Part shown: piece by piece, positions 27,637-40,101 of the stretch
Layout: every line of letters starts with the position of its first letter
How positions within the stretch are numbered: the stretch's first letter is position 1
NCBI RefSeq assembly: GCF_006345805.1
Contig: NC_043000.1
Location: forward strand, 67,456,001 to 67,520,000
DNA length: 64,000 bases
Direction of reading: 5' to 3'
Source: Octopus sinensis
Taxonomy: Eukaryota
Notes under the pieces: model-generated
Told to the model about the DNA's origin: nothing
The model's database searches: none
What the model saw: only the letters and a program-made list of their open reading frames with translations
Position numbers and translations under genes: made by a program

Positions 27637-30600
27637 AATGTAGTGTTGTACTAATTTCAGAAGATACTATTTTTCAGCCCATCTTATGCACTACCTTGGT
27701 TCCATCTGATCTTCCATAATAAATAGTCTTTTATATAATATAGCAGTGATTGGTAGAATCTTCAAAATTTCTCTCGTTGCGTATTGGATGCTATTTTTCA
27801 ATCTTCTATAAATCGTTCTCCGCTTTTCTTTATCATTTTAATTGTAGTAGAATGTGTGTCTACAAATCTGTGATAAAACTCTTCACAACATTATACTATT
27901 TGAATTACTTAACATAATAACACCAAGAGTTTACTAAATAATTACAAAAACAGGCTACTGTAAAACTTTACTACCTGCGTTTACTGTGTACTAAAAGTAG
28001 CGATTGCTAAAACAATAAACAACTGAAAGGGAAAATATGGCATAAAAGCCATGAGAGAAGAGCCGGTTAAAAGAAAAGTTCTTCAATAAAATAGAAAGCT
28101 TTGGAGCAGCTGAGTACAACGTTCATAACGATGATAGCATTTAGTGTTAGTATTAGCTCTTCCTGCGTTCAGAAAGAACTAGTGTCGCTTTGTTGCAGCA
28201 ATCTATTGGCTCCATCTCCCTATTAACATAACGATATCAACATTACCGAATCTAGGTTCTTGAATTGGATAACATAACAACAGCAAGGTCATTGGAACAT
28301 AGCATTTGCCTTTTCAGGGCTCAATTTTACATTTAAAGTTTTTATAAAGGTAAATTTGGTGTCCCTTGAGACAGATCAGTAGAATCGAAAGTGGATTCAG
28401 CTCTACTTCCCCTGTTCTGATCACAAAGTTAATACTTACTCAGAACTGCAAATAAAAGCATTCATATCTTAATTCATGTTTTAAGATATGACAGGCATAT
28501 TATCCTGGAATAACAAGCGATAATGAATTTCTGTAGATTGGACTAAAAAGGAAATTCTGAGCTAAAAGACAAAAGGAAAAAAATAAACAGTGATAATATC
28601 CAATAGGACACGTTAAAGTTGTTTATAAACATTCAACTCTACTGCTTTGTCTCCTTAAGTTAATCCGCACGAAATACCTTTGATTAATATGGCCTTAGGG
28701 GCCTTCTTGTTTATTTATTTGATAACATTTTTGTTATTTTTTTATAGCGTATTTTCTTTACCTTCTACCTTTTCCGCATGAAGAATAATTTTAATGCTTA
28801 TTAACAATGATTATATGTTATGTTAATTTATTAGTTGTCACATTATAAACTGCCTTTATTTAGAAGTGACTGCTGTTTTTATGAGCAATGAGAGGTTTTT
28901 TCGATAGGTAAATATTTCTGTTTACGATTTTATATATATAATGATAAAATATATGAAATATTCTCTTGTAAATACCATGGGTGAAATTGTAGATCCAAAG
29001 CTTGCAGTATATAGATAGTTTAGAAATTACATTTTCAACTCGGTCAACTTAATGGCCAATTACTTCATGTTCCTGTTGTTCCAAATAAACTGTGGATAAA
29101 TAAATGCTTCTGGTATGAACATTTTAATGAAATTAAAACAGCACTATTTATGCTAAAATAAATAATGTGATACCATTTGTCAGCAATCTTCTGCTTATGT
29201 TCATTTTCAGTCCCGTTAATTAGGTAGAGAATTCCACAGGTGATACCAACCGCTTTTAGGAGAATTTGAATTAATGTTACCTAAAATTGAAGGTATGGAA
29301 AACTGGAAACTCGATTATATAAAGAATCCCAGTTATCTCTACATAGCCATAATAATGGTCTATAGATGTACTTTGAAATGTACCTTAAGGAAACGGATAA
29401 TATTTGTAACAATAACTGATAAATGGTAACAATTCTAAAATTTCTTTTATATTTTTAAGACTGGTCTTATAGAATAACTATTCAAGAAGAAACACATTAC
29501 TGATTATCAAAAGAAAATCAATTTAAATTTGTTATCAGTTTATCAATTATTATCCGCTTCTAAAATATAAAAGCTTAGTGGGGTGCGGTGTTAATGATCG
29601 ACAGCTCGTATAGAATTTTTTTGAAGTCCTATATTTTCAGGAAACGTTATTTTTTGTTTGTGAAATAGATACGTTAATATTTCATTGCATACTTTATAGT
29701 AATTACTTTTGTTACTTTTGCCATTGAACTTTGAAGAAGCAAGTCGACTACTCATTAGGTCCACAATCCGAAAAAGGAGTATTCTCCACATCATTTAGAT
29801 GCAGAAAAATCTCACTTATTGGATCTGTTGAAAATATGAGCAATGAGTCTAAATGCGAATGTGAAGCTACGAAATATAATTCAAACTATTAACATCATAT
29901 TGTATGTTAAAGATATTCACACAATTCCTATTAAAATGGTGTGCAAAAGTTCTACAAGATTAAGAGAATTTCTGAGAGGCGGTTTTGCCTATGGTGGTAA
30001 ATAGGTAGAACCCTGGTTATTCTATGGCAGTTCTTTTACATTTACAAGGAATTAATTAGGAAGATTTGTATAGGAGTTTCTTTCTACTATGAGTCATGGT
30101 CATACTGTTTCAATTTGTTTCATAGGCGTTATAGTTTGTTTAATACATTATTATAGCATTTGAAAGTTGTATGTTAAATTGTTAACTTCTGAGCAAGGGG
30201 AAATATGACTTTTAGTCATCCATAGTTGTCGGTTGGAATATTAAGTTATATTTAAATTTGCTTTTAGGTAAAGCTATATTCAGTGCAATGTAAAGAAAAT
30301 TTTCATAAACTTTGTGTCAAACTTCTTTATGACTCTATCAAAGACTTCACATTAAATATACTTGAAAAATATGATCAAATTTGTTTTGCTATGATTGCTA
30401 AAGATATTTAATTGTTTAAGTTTATGTCAAGCTTCTTTAGATCTGAAATTCTGTTCATCTTTGATGTCATTGGTAAGGCATTGTCAGTGAGCTTAGTTGA
30501 CTTTGTTATAATTAATAAAAAAATTGAAAATAAATGCCTCTAGAAAGTGAGAGACATAGGAATATTTGCTTTATGATTAATGTTTAAGCCACTACATATA

Positions 30601-31457
30601 TATTGATTTTTTTTTGTTCTTTGCTCTTCGTTCTAAAGCACTGTTGAGATCATAAAAAAAATTCACCATAATAGCTTCACAAAAAATAGAACATTCAAAT
30701 TTATGGAAGAAACTATGAAGAAAATAAGCACAGATATTCAAGAAATTGCTTTACCGACATTTATCGTTTGTACCAGCTAAATCAACCAACTCAGCTTAAG
30801 ATTTAGAAACAAGCTGGACAAGTAGAATAATGATCATCACAATTACTTCAACTGGTTTAATATCAGAAAAGATATTATTGGAAAACAAACACTGAATAAA
30901 TATATTTGCTTTCAAACAAGAAATCCTAAACTATATAAACTTTTAACTATATGATGAGCTCACACCAATTAAAAGAAATGCAATTAAAATTTAACAACAT
31001 CAAAAATAAAGCAATTCAACGGAACTTAACCATATGTTCGTGTTAAAGGAAGAACAAACCCCAGTAAAATGAAAAAAAATTCAACTTAAAGCGAAATAAT
31101 TTATATGAAAGTAAAAGTTAGAGGAGTTATGATATATTTTAAAAGTATTGAATAAAGAGTGTCATAATGACACTAAAAAAATAATAAAACTAACCAATGA
31201 AGTAATACCTCAAAACAACCTATGTAATCTATAATCTATTCTATTATTATTACATTACAGAGAAAATGGAAGCAACAATTAAAGGAAAATAACTTAGAAA
31301 GGATCTAATTATCAATAGAAATACAAATTAAAAGAAAGCAAGAGGAAGAATGGAAAAAGAAAAAAAGGGCGATATCAAAAATTAGGAAACAACTGCTCAA
31401 ACAGTTATAAACGTCCATCAAATCAGAACGTTAATTATTGAATAATTATTTCTACTA

Positions 31458-31530
<73 letters not shown>

Positions 31531-31540
31531 TAATAATAAT
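31458..31540. repeat. (AAT)n microsatellite
   Basis: Directly visible. First of many AAT tracts between 31.4 and 36.1 kb. Confidence 0.95.
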
Positions 31541-31830
31541 GGTGATGATGATACCTTCATTTATTTGCCACCGGGGCAAAAGATGAGAGGGACAATACAA
31601 AGACAGACACAAAATTGTGGGTGGGGGTGCAAATAATGACATGATAAATAAATAAATAACAAAAAAGTAAGTATACACGGTAAACAATGAAAAGGAAAGA
31701 AAATATACATAGTATACAAAAGTTAAAAAAAGTGGGGAATGATTGTGATGTAGTCCTCCAAATACAAGATGACTCTAGGTATAATCAAGGTATCTCACCG
31801 CCCAAGATCTCCCTGAACACCATGGACAAG

Positions 31831-32039
31831 TAATGGTTTTAAATTTTGGTGCAAGGCCAGCAAGTTCGGACGAGGTGATAAGTCGATTACATCGACCCAA
31901 GGACTTGAATGGTACTAACTTTACCGACCCCCATAGGATTAAAGATAAATTCGACCTCGGCGGAATTTGAATTCAGAACATAAAGAAAGACGAAATGCTG
32001 CTAAGCATTTTGCCTGACATGCTAACGATTTTACCAGCC
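31831..32039 (-). mobile_element. SINE S1
   Basis: Reverse complement of the S1 head and body (tcgacctcggcggaatttgaattcagaac...ctaagcatttt...gctaacgatt). Confidence 0.85.
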
Positions 32040-32062
32040 TAAATAACAACAACAACAATAAC

Positions 32063-32123
<61 letters not shown>

Positions 32124-32126
<3 letters not shown>

Positions 32127-33196
32127 CTCTGAGGACTGGATGTTAAAACTTGTCTCAAAACATGAAAACAAGAAAGCATCATACTCAGTAACAAAACAAG
32201 CAAAGGAATATCTAAGTGAATTCCGAATACAACAAATTTCGGAATTAGAGATAGACACAAGAAACAGGCACAGAAAAAGCTAAGCGCATGAAAACCCGTG
32301 CTAAATCTGCGGCCTTAGATATTCTGAATGATAAATGGCAAGAAAAACCTCTCTATGGCAAATACCCAAAGAGAGCAAATAATGCAGATGTTGACAAAGC
32401 CCTGACCCACCAATAGCTAATGGCCTCTGGCTTAAAATCTGAAACAGAGGGGTTTATCATAGCAGCTCAAGATCAATGCCTACCAACAAGAAACTACCAG
32501 GCCAACATATTAAAGATCAGAAGCAGTCCAACGTGTCGTGTATGCAAGCAACAAAATGAAACCATTGACCATGTGGTCTCCAAGTGCAGTCTTCTAGCGC
32601 CTACAGAGTATCTCAACAGGCACGATAGAGCTGCACAATATATTCACTGGGTAATCTGTAAAAACCTGGATTTGCCCCATGAAAAAAACTGGTGGGAACA
32701 CAAACCACCCCCAGTGCTTGAAAATGACCACATCTCACTCCTCTGGAACTTCACCATTCAAACTGACAGAAAGATAGATGCAAATAGGCCAGACATCATA
32801 TTGAAAGACTTCAAACAAAGAACATGCCTCCTCATTGATATGACTGTCCCAATCCATATAAACGTATCTGTCAAGACCTACCAGAAACTGAGCAAATATA
32901 AAGATCTTGAAATAGAAATCAGCAAAATGTGGAAGCTGAAGACTAAAACAATACCTGTTGTCATAGGTGCCCTGGGAATGATAGCAAAAGGGGCTGATAG
33001 CTACCTAACTCAGATACCAGAAAACCCAAAAATGGTTTTTTTTTTTTAGACATTCATTAGTACAACATCCCCACCCCCCAAATATATGGCACACTAGGCA
33101 TAACAACAACATGAACTTCCAACCCTGTTGTCTGTTGAGGTCTCTGGGTGAGACTTGGAGCCAACTTGTACAAATATAAAGCAAAAGTCAAACATA

Positions 33197-33197
<1 letters not shown>
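32124..33197 (+). mobile_element. R4/Dong-type RLE LINE, family D1, 5'-truncated copy 1
   Basis: ORF 32420-33049 has ETEGFIIAAQDQ, the CCHC knuckle CRVC..ETIDHVVSKC, RHD, RLE NRPDII..LLIDMTVP..KLSKY and PVVIGALG. The 3' UTR ends agtcaaacatag(aat)n, and (AAT)n lies on both sides. Confidence 0.92.
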
Positions 33198-33265
<68 letters not shown>

Positions 33266-33420
33266 GTTTATCTTGATATGAGATCACCATGTCGCGCACA
33301 TATGGTTGTGATGCATGTGCCTGGTGTACCTTTATCAGACGGGTAGTCATGATGGGTATATTGGGCTTCGTATATTTTACCCCAGTGTCACTTTGATGGC
33401 ATGAACTGCTCTCTCACTCA
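33266..33420 (+). mobile_element. 555-bp element, 5'-truncated copy B (155 bp)
   Basis: Near-identical to 33863-34017 and flanked by (AAT)n. Confidence 0.92.
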
Positions 33421-33462
33421 ATAATAATAATGATAATAATAATAATAATAATAATAATAAAT

Positions 33463-34017
33463 GCCCTGATGCAGTACCAGACAGTGGCTCTCATGGCTTC
33501 TCATCTTAACTGATTGGAAGTGTTATCATGTACATTGTTTTGTCTTGGTATAAAAGATGGGCTACAGCAAATATTCTGCTCAATACCACAGATTTGCTTG
33601 TCAGTTGTTTGACCTTAACCAGTTGAGCATGTCCCTTAGTGGCTGACGATATGTGCATCTCTGATCACGAGCAGAAGTAGTGGGGGAGCATCATAGCCAT
33701 GTGTTGAGAGGGATTCTTTGGGGTTTGAATAGTTCACCTCTGAAAACATGGGTGGCTCTTTCAACATCCTTAAGCAACCCTTATTCAGGGACCGTTTGAG
33801 CGGGATGGGCTACTCAACCTGAAGAAAATTCTAACTGGGCCCCACCTGCAAGGTCATGTGCTGTTTATCTTGATATGAGATCACCATGTCGCGCACATAT
33901 GGTTGTGATGCATGTGCCTGATGTACCTTTATCAGACGGGTAGTCATGATGGGTATATTGGGCTTCGTATATTTTACCCCAGTGTCACTTTGATGGCATG
34001 AACTGCTCTCTCACTCA
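33463..34017 (+). mobile_element. 555-bp non-coding element, full-length copy C
   Basis: Runs gccctgatgcagtaccag...ctctcactca, colinear with and the same length as 55769-56323, flanked by (AAT)n. Confidence 0.92.
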
Positions 34018-34033
34018 ATAATAATAATAATAA

Positions 34034-34669
34034 TAATTTGCAAAAACTGGACTTGCCCCATGATAAAAACTGGTTGGAACAAAACTACCGCCAGTGCTTG
34101 AAAATGACCACATCTCACTCCTCGGGAACTTCACCATTCAAAATGACAGAAAGATAGACGCAAATAGGCCAGACATCATAGTAAAAGACTTCAGGCAAAA
34201 AACATGCCTCCTCATTGATATGACTGTCCCAATCCATATAAACGTATCTGTCAAAACCTACCAGAAACTGAGTAAATATAAAGATCTGGAAATAGAAATT
34301 AGCAAAATGTAGAACCTAAAGACTAAAACAATACCTGTTGTCATAGGTGCCCTGGGAATGATAGCAAAAGGGGCTGATTGCTACCTAACTCAGATACCAG
34401 GAAACCTCAAAACGGCAGAAATTCAAAAGATAGTGCTCATGGGAACTGCTCATATCCTACGCAAAATACTTTCTATGTAATCTCAAGGTTTAAAACAAAC
34501 ATAATTTTCGTATGGCTTTTTAGGCATTCACTAGTACAACACTAAGTACAAAACCAAATATATGGCACCCTAGGCATATCACCAACATGAACTTCCAACT
34601 TGTTGTCTCTTGAGGTCTCTGGGTGAGACTTGGAGCCAGCTTGTGCAAATGTAAAGCAAAAGTCAAACA

Positions 34670-34670
<1 letters not shown>
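34034..34670 (+). mobile_element. RLE LINE family D1, copy 2 (3' end)
   Basis: RLE NRPDII..IDMTVP..KLSKY, C-terminus IQKIVLMGTAHILRKILSM*, the 3' UTR, then a long (AAT)n tract. Confidence 0.92.
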
Positions 34671-34753
<83 letters not shown>

Positions 34754-34758
34754 TGATG

Positions 34759-35050
<292 letters not shown>

Positions 35051-35067
35051 TTAATAATAATAATAAC

Positions 35068-35131
<64 letters not shown>

Positions 35132-35157
35132 GTAATAATAATAATGATGATGATAAC

Positions 35158-35230
<73 letters not shown>

Positions 35231-35232
<2 letters not shown>

Positions 35233-36041
35233 CGCAAAAGAAATATCCCAGCAATGGTTGAGAAGCTCAGGGCTCAAAGCAGAAACAGAGGGATTTTTAA
35301 TTGCAGCACAAGACCAAAGCCTCCCCACCAGAAATTACCAAAAACATGTAATGAAAAGAAATATTACAAGTAACTGCAGAATATGTGGAGATGGACAAGA
35401 AACAATAAATCATATTATCTCTAGCTGCCCAGTCCTGGCTAAGAAGGAATATATTCACAGACATGACAGAGTTGGAACCTACATACATTGGAAGCTATGC
35501 CAACATTATGGAATAACAACAGAAAAAAGATGGTATAGGCACACACCAGAAAAGGTCACAGAAAACGAGAAAGCAACCATACTCTGGGATATGCCGATAC
35601 ACACAGATAGAGAAATTAAGGCCAACAGACCAGATATAGTTGTCAGAGATCATGAAGAAAAAAAATGCTTTCTAATTGATGTATCAATACCGGCAGATGA
35701 CAACGTGTCTCTAAAAGAAATGGAGAAACTTTCAAAATACAAAGACCTGGAAATAGAGGTAACCAGAATGTGGAATCTAAAAACAGAAACAATTCCTATC
35801 ATAGTAGGTGCATTAGGCATGGTAAAAAAATATTCAGACAAATACATAACAAAAACACCAGGACTTACAAACACATATAACATACAGAAATTTGCACTAC
35901 TAGGCACTGCACACATCCTACGCAGAACACTTTCCATACAATAACCATCAGAGCATCACAACAAATCACAGCACATACCCAAGGCACACAGAGCTGCGCT
36001 CGGTAGTGAAGTGAAAGCACGCTATAAAAATAAAACTACTG
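35231..36041 (+). mobile_element. RLE LINE family D2, 5'-truncated copy with uninterrupted C-terminal ORF (stop at 35942-35944)
   Basis: ETEGFLIAAQDQ, CRIC..ETINHIISSC, RHD, NRPDIV..LIDVSIP..EKLSKY, PIIVGALG and LLGTAHILR with no stops. Distinct 3' UTR ending aaaactactg(aat)n. Confidence 0.94.
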
Positions 36042-36060
36042 AATAATAATAATAATAATA

Positions 36061-38000
36061 GTCCTTTCTACTTTGAACAGTGACAATGAATAATTCTTTC
36101 ACTTTGAACAATGACCATGAATCTCTCAATGCTGGAGATGTAAGAATTTCATGTGGCATTTTCCAGGGTGACTCTGTCACCACTCCTCTTTTGTCTAGCC
36201 TTAATACCTCTCTCGAAATTGCTCGATGATGTACAATATGGCTGTAAAATATTTGATAAAAATATAAATCATCTCTTTTACATGGATGATTTAAAGCACT
36301 TTGCAAAAAATGATCAACTGCAGGGCTTACTGTTAAACACTTCAGTGATGACATCAGAATGCATTTTGGCGTCGATAAATGTGCAAAAGCTACTTTTATC
36401 AAAGGAAAAATTATAGAAACATCCAACGTTAATCTTGACCAACTAAATGTCATAAAAGAGTTAGAACCAGCTGCGAGCTGCAAATACTTAGGGGTATTTG
36501 AAGGTGATGGAATCAGACATTCAATAATGAGGGAAAGGATCAGAAAAGAAAGTTATCGCAGGGTTAGGGCAATACTCAAGACAGAGCTGAATGCAAGAAA
36601 CAGGATAGAAGCGATCAATACTTTAGCCATTCCAGTCATGGCTTACAGTTCCAATATTTTTCACTGGTCAGTTACTGAAATATGTAATCTTGACAGAAAA
36701 ATACGAAACCTGTATACAATGCATAGAATGCACCACCCTAAGACAGATATAGAACAACTTTACCTGCCAAGAAATTAGGGTAACCGTGTACTTTTACAAC
36801 TGAGATTAACAATAAAGATTGCCACAGTCGGCCTAAAACCTACCTGAAAAATTCCGATGACTGGTTGTTAAAACTTGTTTTAAAGCACGTAAACAAGAAA
36901 GCATCATACTCAGTAACAAAACAGGCAAAGAAATATCTGAATTTGGAATTCATTCCAAATACAACAAATCCCAGAATTTGACGTGCTGGAAACAAACACA
37001 GAAAAAGTTAAGCATATGAAAACCCGTGCTAAAACTGCTGCCTTAAATAGTCTTACTGATAAATGACAACAAAAATCTCTCATTGGCAAATACCCAAAGA
37101 AAGCTAATAATACCGATGTTGACAAAGCCCTCACTCATCAATGGTTAGTGTCTTCTGGCTTAAAATCAGAGACAGGAGGATTTATCATAGCAGCCTACAA
37201 GGTGCTACCAGGCCAACATATTAAAGAACGACAGTAGCCCAACATGTCGTGTATATAAACAACAAAATGAAACCATCGAATATGTTGTCACCATGTGCAG
37301 TCTTCTTGTGCCTACAGAGTATCTTAACAGGCATGATACAGTAGCACCAATATATCCGCTGAGTAATTTGCAAAACCTTGGACCTGCTCCGTGATAAAAA
37401 AAAAAGCTGGCGGGAACACAAACTACCTCCAGTCCTTGAAAATGACCACATCTCATTTCTCTGGAACTTCACCGTTCAAACTGACAGAAAGATAGATGCG
37501 AATAGGCCAGACGTTATATTGAAGGACTTCAGACAAAAATTATGCCTCCTCATCGATATGACTGATATACATATTGACATATATGTATCTGTCAAGACCT
37601 ACCAAAAACTGAGCAAAGATAAAGATTTTGAACTAGAAATTGGCAAAATGTGGAACCTCAAGACTAGAACAATACTTAATGTCATAAGTGCTTTGGGAAT
37701 GATAGAAAAAGGAGCTGATTGCAACCTAGTTCAGATAACAAGAAATCCAAAGACGGTAGAAATTCAAAAAAATAGTGCACATGGGAACTACCCATATCCT
37801 ACATAAAATACTATGTAATCTCAAATTTTAAAACAAACATAACTTTCTTATGTTTTCTTAAGCATTCTCTAGTATGATACTTTGTGCAAAACCAAGTATG
37901 TGGCACCCTAGTCATAACATCAACTTGAACTTCTAACTTATTGTCCCTTGAGGTCTCTGGGTGAGTCAACTTGTACAAATACAAAGCAAATATCAAACAT
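36061..38000 (+). mobile_element. RLE LINE family D1, copy 3 (RT C-terminal half to 3' UTR, frameshifted)
   Basis: GIFQGD, LSPLLFCLALIPLS, HLFYMDDLK, FGVDKCA, KYLG, HHPKTDIEQLYLPR and the RLE domain, with the same 3' UTR as copies 1 and 2. Confidence 0.92.
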
Positions 38001-38010
38001 ATAATACAAT

Positions 38011-38179
38011 GCCCTGATGCAGTACCGGGCAGTGGCTCTCATGGCTTTTGATCTTAACTGATTGAAAGTGTTTCATGCACATGTTTTGTCTTGGTATAAA
38101 AGATGGGCTACCATACCACAGATTTACTTGTCAGTTGTCTGACCTTAAACAGTTGAGCATGTCCTTTATTGGCCGACGA
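38011..38179 (+). mobile_element. 555-bp element, 5' portion only (copy D)
   Basis: Begins aat|gccctgatgcagtacc like copy C, has a small internal deletion, and breaks off at the (GAA)n tract. Confidence 0.85.
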
Positions 38180-38181
38180 AA

Positions 38182-38307
38182 GAAGAAGAAGAAGAAGAAG
38201 AAGAAGAAGAAGAAGAAGAAGAAGAAGAAGAAGAAGAAGAAGAAGAAGAAGAAGAAGAAGAAGAAGAAGAAGAAGAAGAAGAAGAAGAAGAAGAAGAAGA
38301 AGAAGAA
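38182..38307. repeat. Perfect (GAA)42 tract
   Basis: 126 bp, uninterrupted. Confidence 0.95.
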
Positions 38308-40101
38308 TATACAGAAACCTGAGCATAGCATGGGTTGACTATCGTAAAGCATACGATATGATACCACACTCCCGAATAATAAAAAGAATGGAAATGCATG
38401 GAGTAGTAGAAAATATCGGAAGCCTTATATGGAATAGCATGAAATTCTGGAAAACGGAATTGCCAACAGGGAATCAAGTATTAGGAGAGGGGAAAATCAA
38501 GAGAGGTATATTCCAGGGAGACAGTGTGTCCCCACCGATCTTCGAAGAGGTAAGGAAAAACTGATCCTTTTGCTATTCATGGACGACCTGAAGCTATTCA
38601 CAAAAACTGAGACAGAACTGGACAGCCTAGTCCAGTCTGTGCGGATTTTCCCCAATGATATTAAGATGGAATTTGGACTCTCAAAATGTGCTACGATGGT
38701 GATGAGACTAGGAACGCTTTTCTGAACAGAAGACATAGGGTTGCCAAGTGATGAAATGATGAAGGCAATTCAACCTCAATCCAGCTATGAATACCGCGGA
38801 ATACTTGAGGCAGATGAAATTAAGCACAATGACATGAAAGAAAAAAAGATAAAAAGTGAGCACCTGCGGCGAATGAGGAAAATATTGGCTTCAAAGCTAA
38901 ATACGAGAAACTTAATTTCAGCAATAAACTCGCGCGCGCGTAGTCGCAGTAGTTCGGTATGGCGCTGGAATCCTGAAGTGGACAGAGGAGGGACCAACGG
39001 AGATAGACAGGAAGCCAAGAAAGCTTCTAACGATGCATGCTTCCCATCATCCACGTGCGGACACTGATCGCCTATGCATGAAGAGAGCAAATGCAGGAAG
39101 AGGACTGATAAGTGTGGAAGGCTGCGTGCTTACTGAACTCGAGAGCATAATGAGATACCTGGCCCAAAGTAACGAAACCTTGCTAGTGACAGTTAGGAAC
39201 GAGGGAATATTGAAAGCAGAGAAAGGGGGAAACAAAAGAAGCGCAAAAAGGACATGAAGAAGAATTACGCAAGAAGGGACTATACAATCAATTCCATGCG
39301 GCTACAATAGAAGTTGCTGGAAAAAAATAGGTGGGATTGGCTGATGAAAGTAACACTAAAGAAAGAGACCGAAAACACTATACTGACAGCTCAAGACCAA
39401 GTTTTGGCCACGAACTGGAGGGTCAACTTTAGGAGTGAGCAAGTGTCTTCGCTGTACCGCATCTGCAATAGAGTTGATGAAATCATTGCCCATATCACGA
39501 ACGAATGCACTAGACTTGCCCAAAAGCAACTACAAGTTGTGGCAACACGATCAGGTAGAGAAAGTGCTACATCGGAAACTGTGCTAAAAGTGGGGGTTAA
39601 AGAGAGGCAATACCTGGTATGAGTACTAACCGCAGAAAGTGGCGGAGACTAGCAAAATCCTCTGGGATTTCCCAATCCAAACAGATCAGGTGCTAGAGCA
39701 TAACAGAGCGGACCTAGTGGTGGTGGACAAGGTGCACCACATATGCTATATAGTTGATGTTGCATGTCCCTTTGACCCACGAATAGTCAAGATGGAAGGT
39801 GAAAAGATAGATAAATATAACCCTTTTAAGTACTAAATAGCCCGGCTATGGAAAATGAAGGAAGTGAAGATAGTGACAATTATTGTTGGGTCCAGAAGGC
39901 ATCAAGGGGAATATAAAGGAAAGTGGAATAGAGTGTTCAGTAGAACTGTTACAAAAAGTTTGCCTTCTTGGCCCGGCTAGAATAATCAGGAAAATATTAG
40001 ATAGCTGAAAAGAATGGATAGCATGGTACCGTAGACCGCAGGTAGCAAACCCGCTACGCACGTAAGACTCCAGGTGTTCTAACAAAACCTGTGATAAAGA
40101 A
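38308..40101 (+). mobile_element. RLE LINE family D3 (RT to 3' UTR, frameshifted)
   Basis: NLSIAWVDYRKAYD, GIFQGDSVSP, LFMDDLKLF, HHPRADTDRL, ETENTILTAQDQ and ILWDFPIQTD..HNRADLV..IVDVACP..EKIDKY, ending in a short AAT tail. Confidence 0.9.

Noticed and set aside
28900-30600. Exon-like segments with ag/gt boundaries (for example about 29211-29293)
   Set aside because: Stops in all three frames and no recognisable protein motif.
33463-34017. 555-bp element as telomerase RNA, 7SK, SRP or RNase P/MRP
   Set aside because: No CUAACCCU template or other diagnostic motifs were seen. Its CUGAAGA (about 33820) lacks a downstream GAAA and stems.
35144-35944. 266-aa ORF as a membrane-anchored nuclease gene (poly-Ile fused to RLE)
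   Set aside because: The ATGs and poly-Ile come from the (ATA)n target tract. In-frame fusion has a one-in-three chance, and there is no expression evidence.
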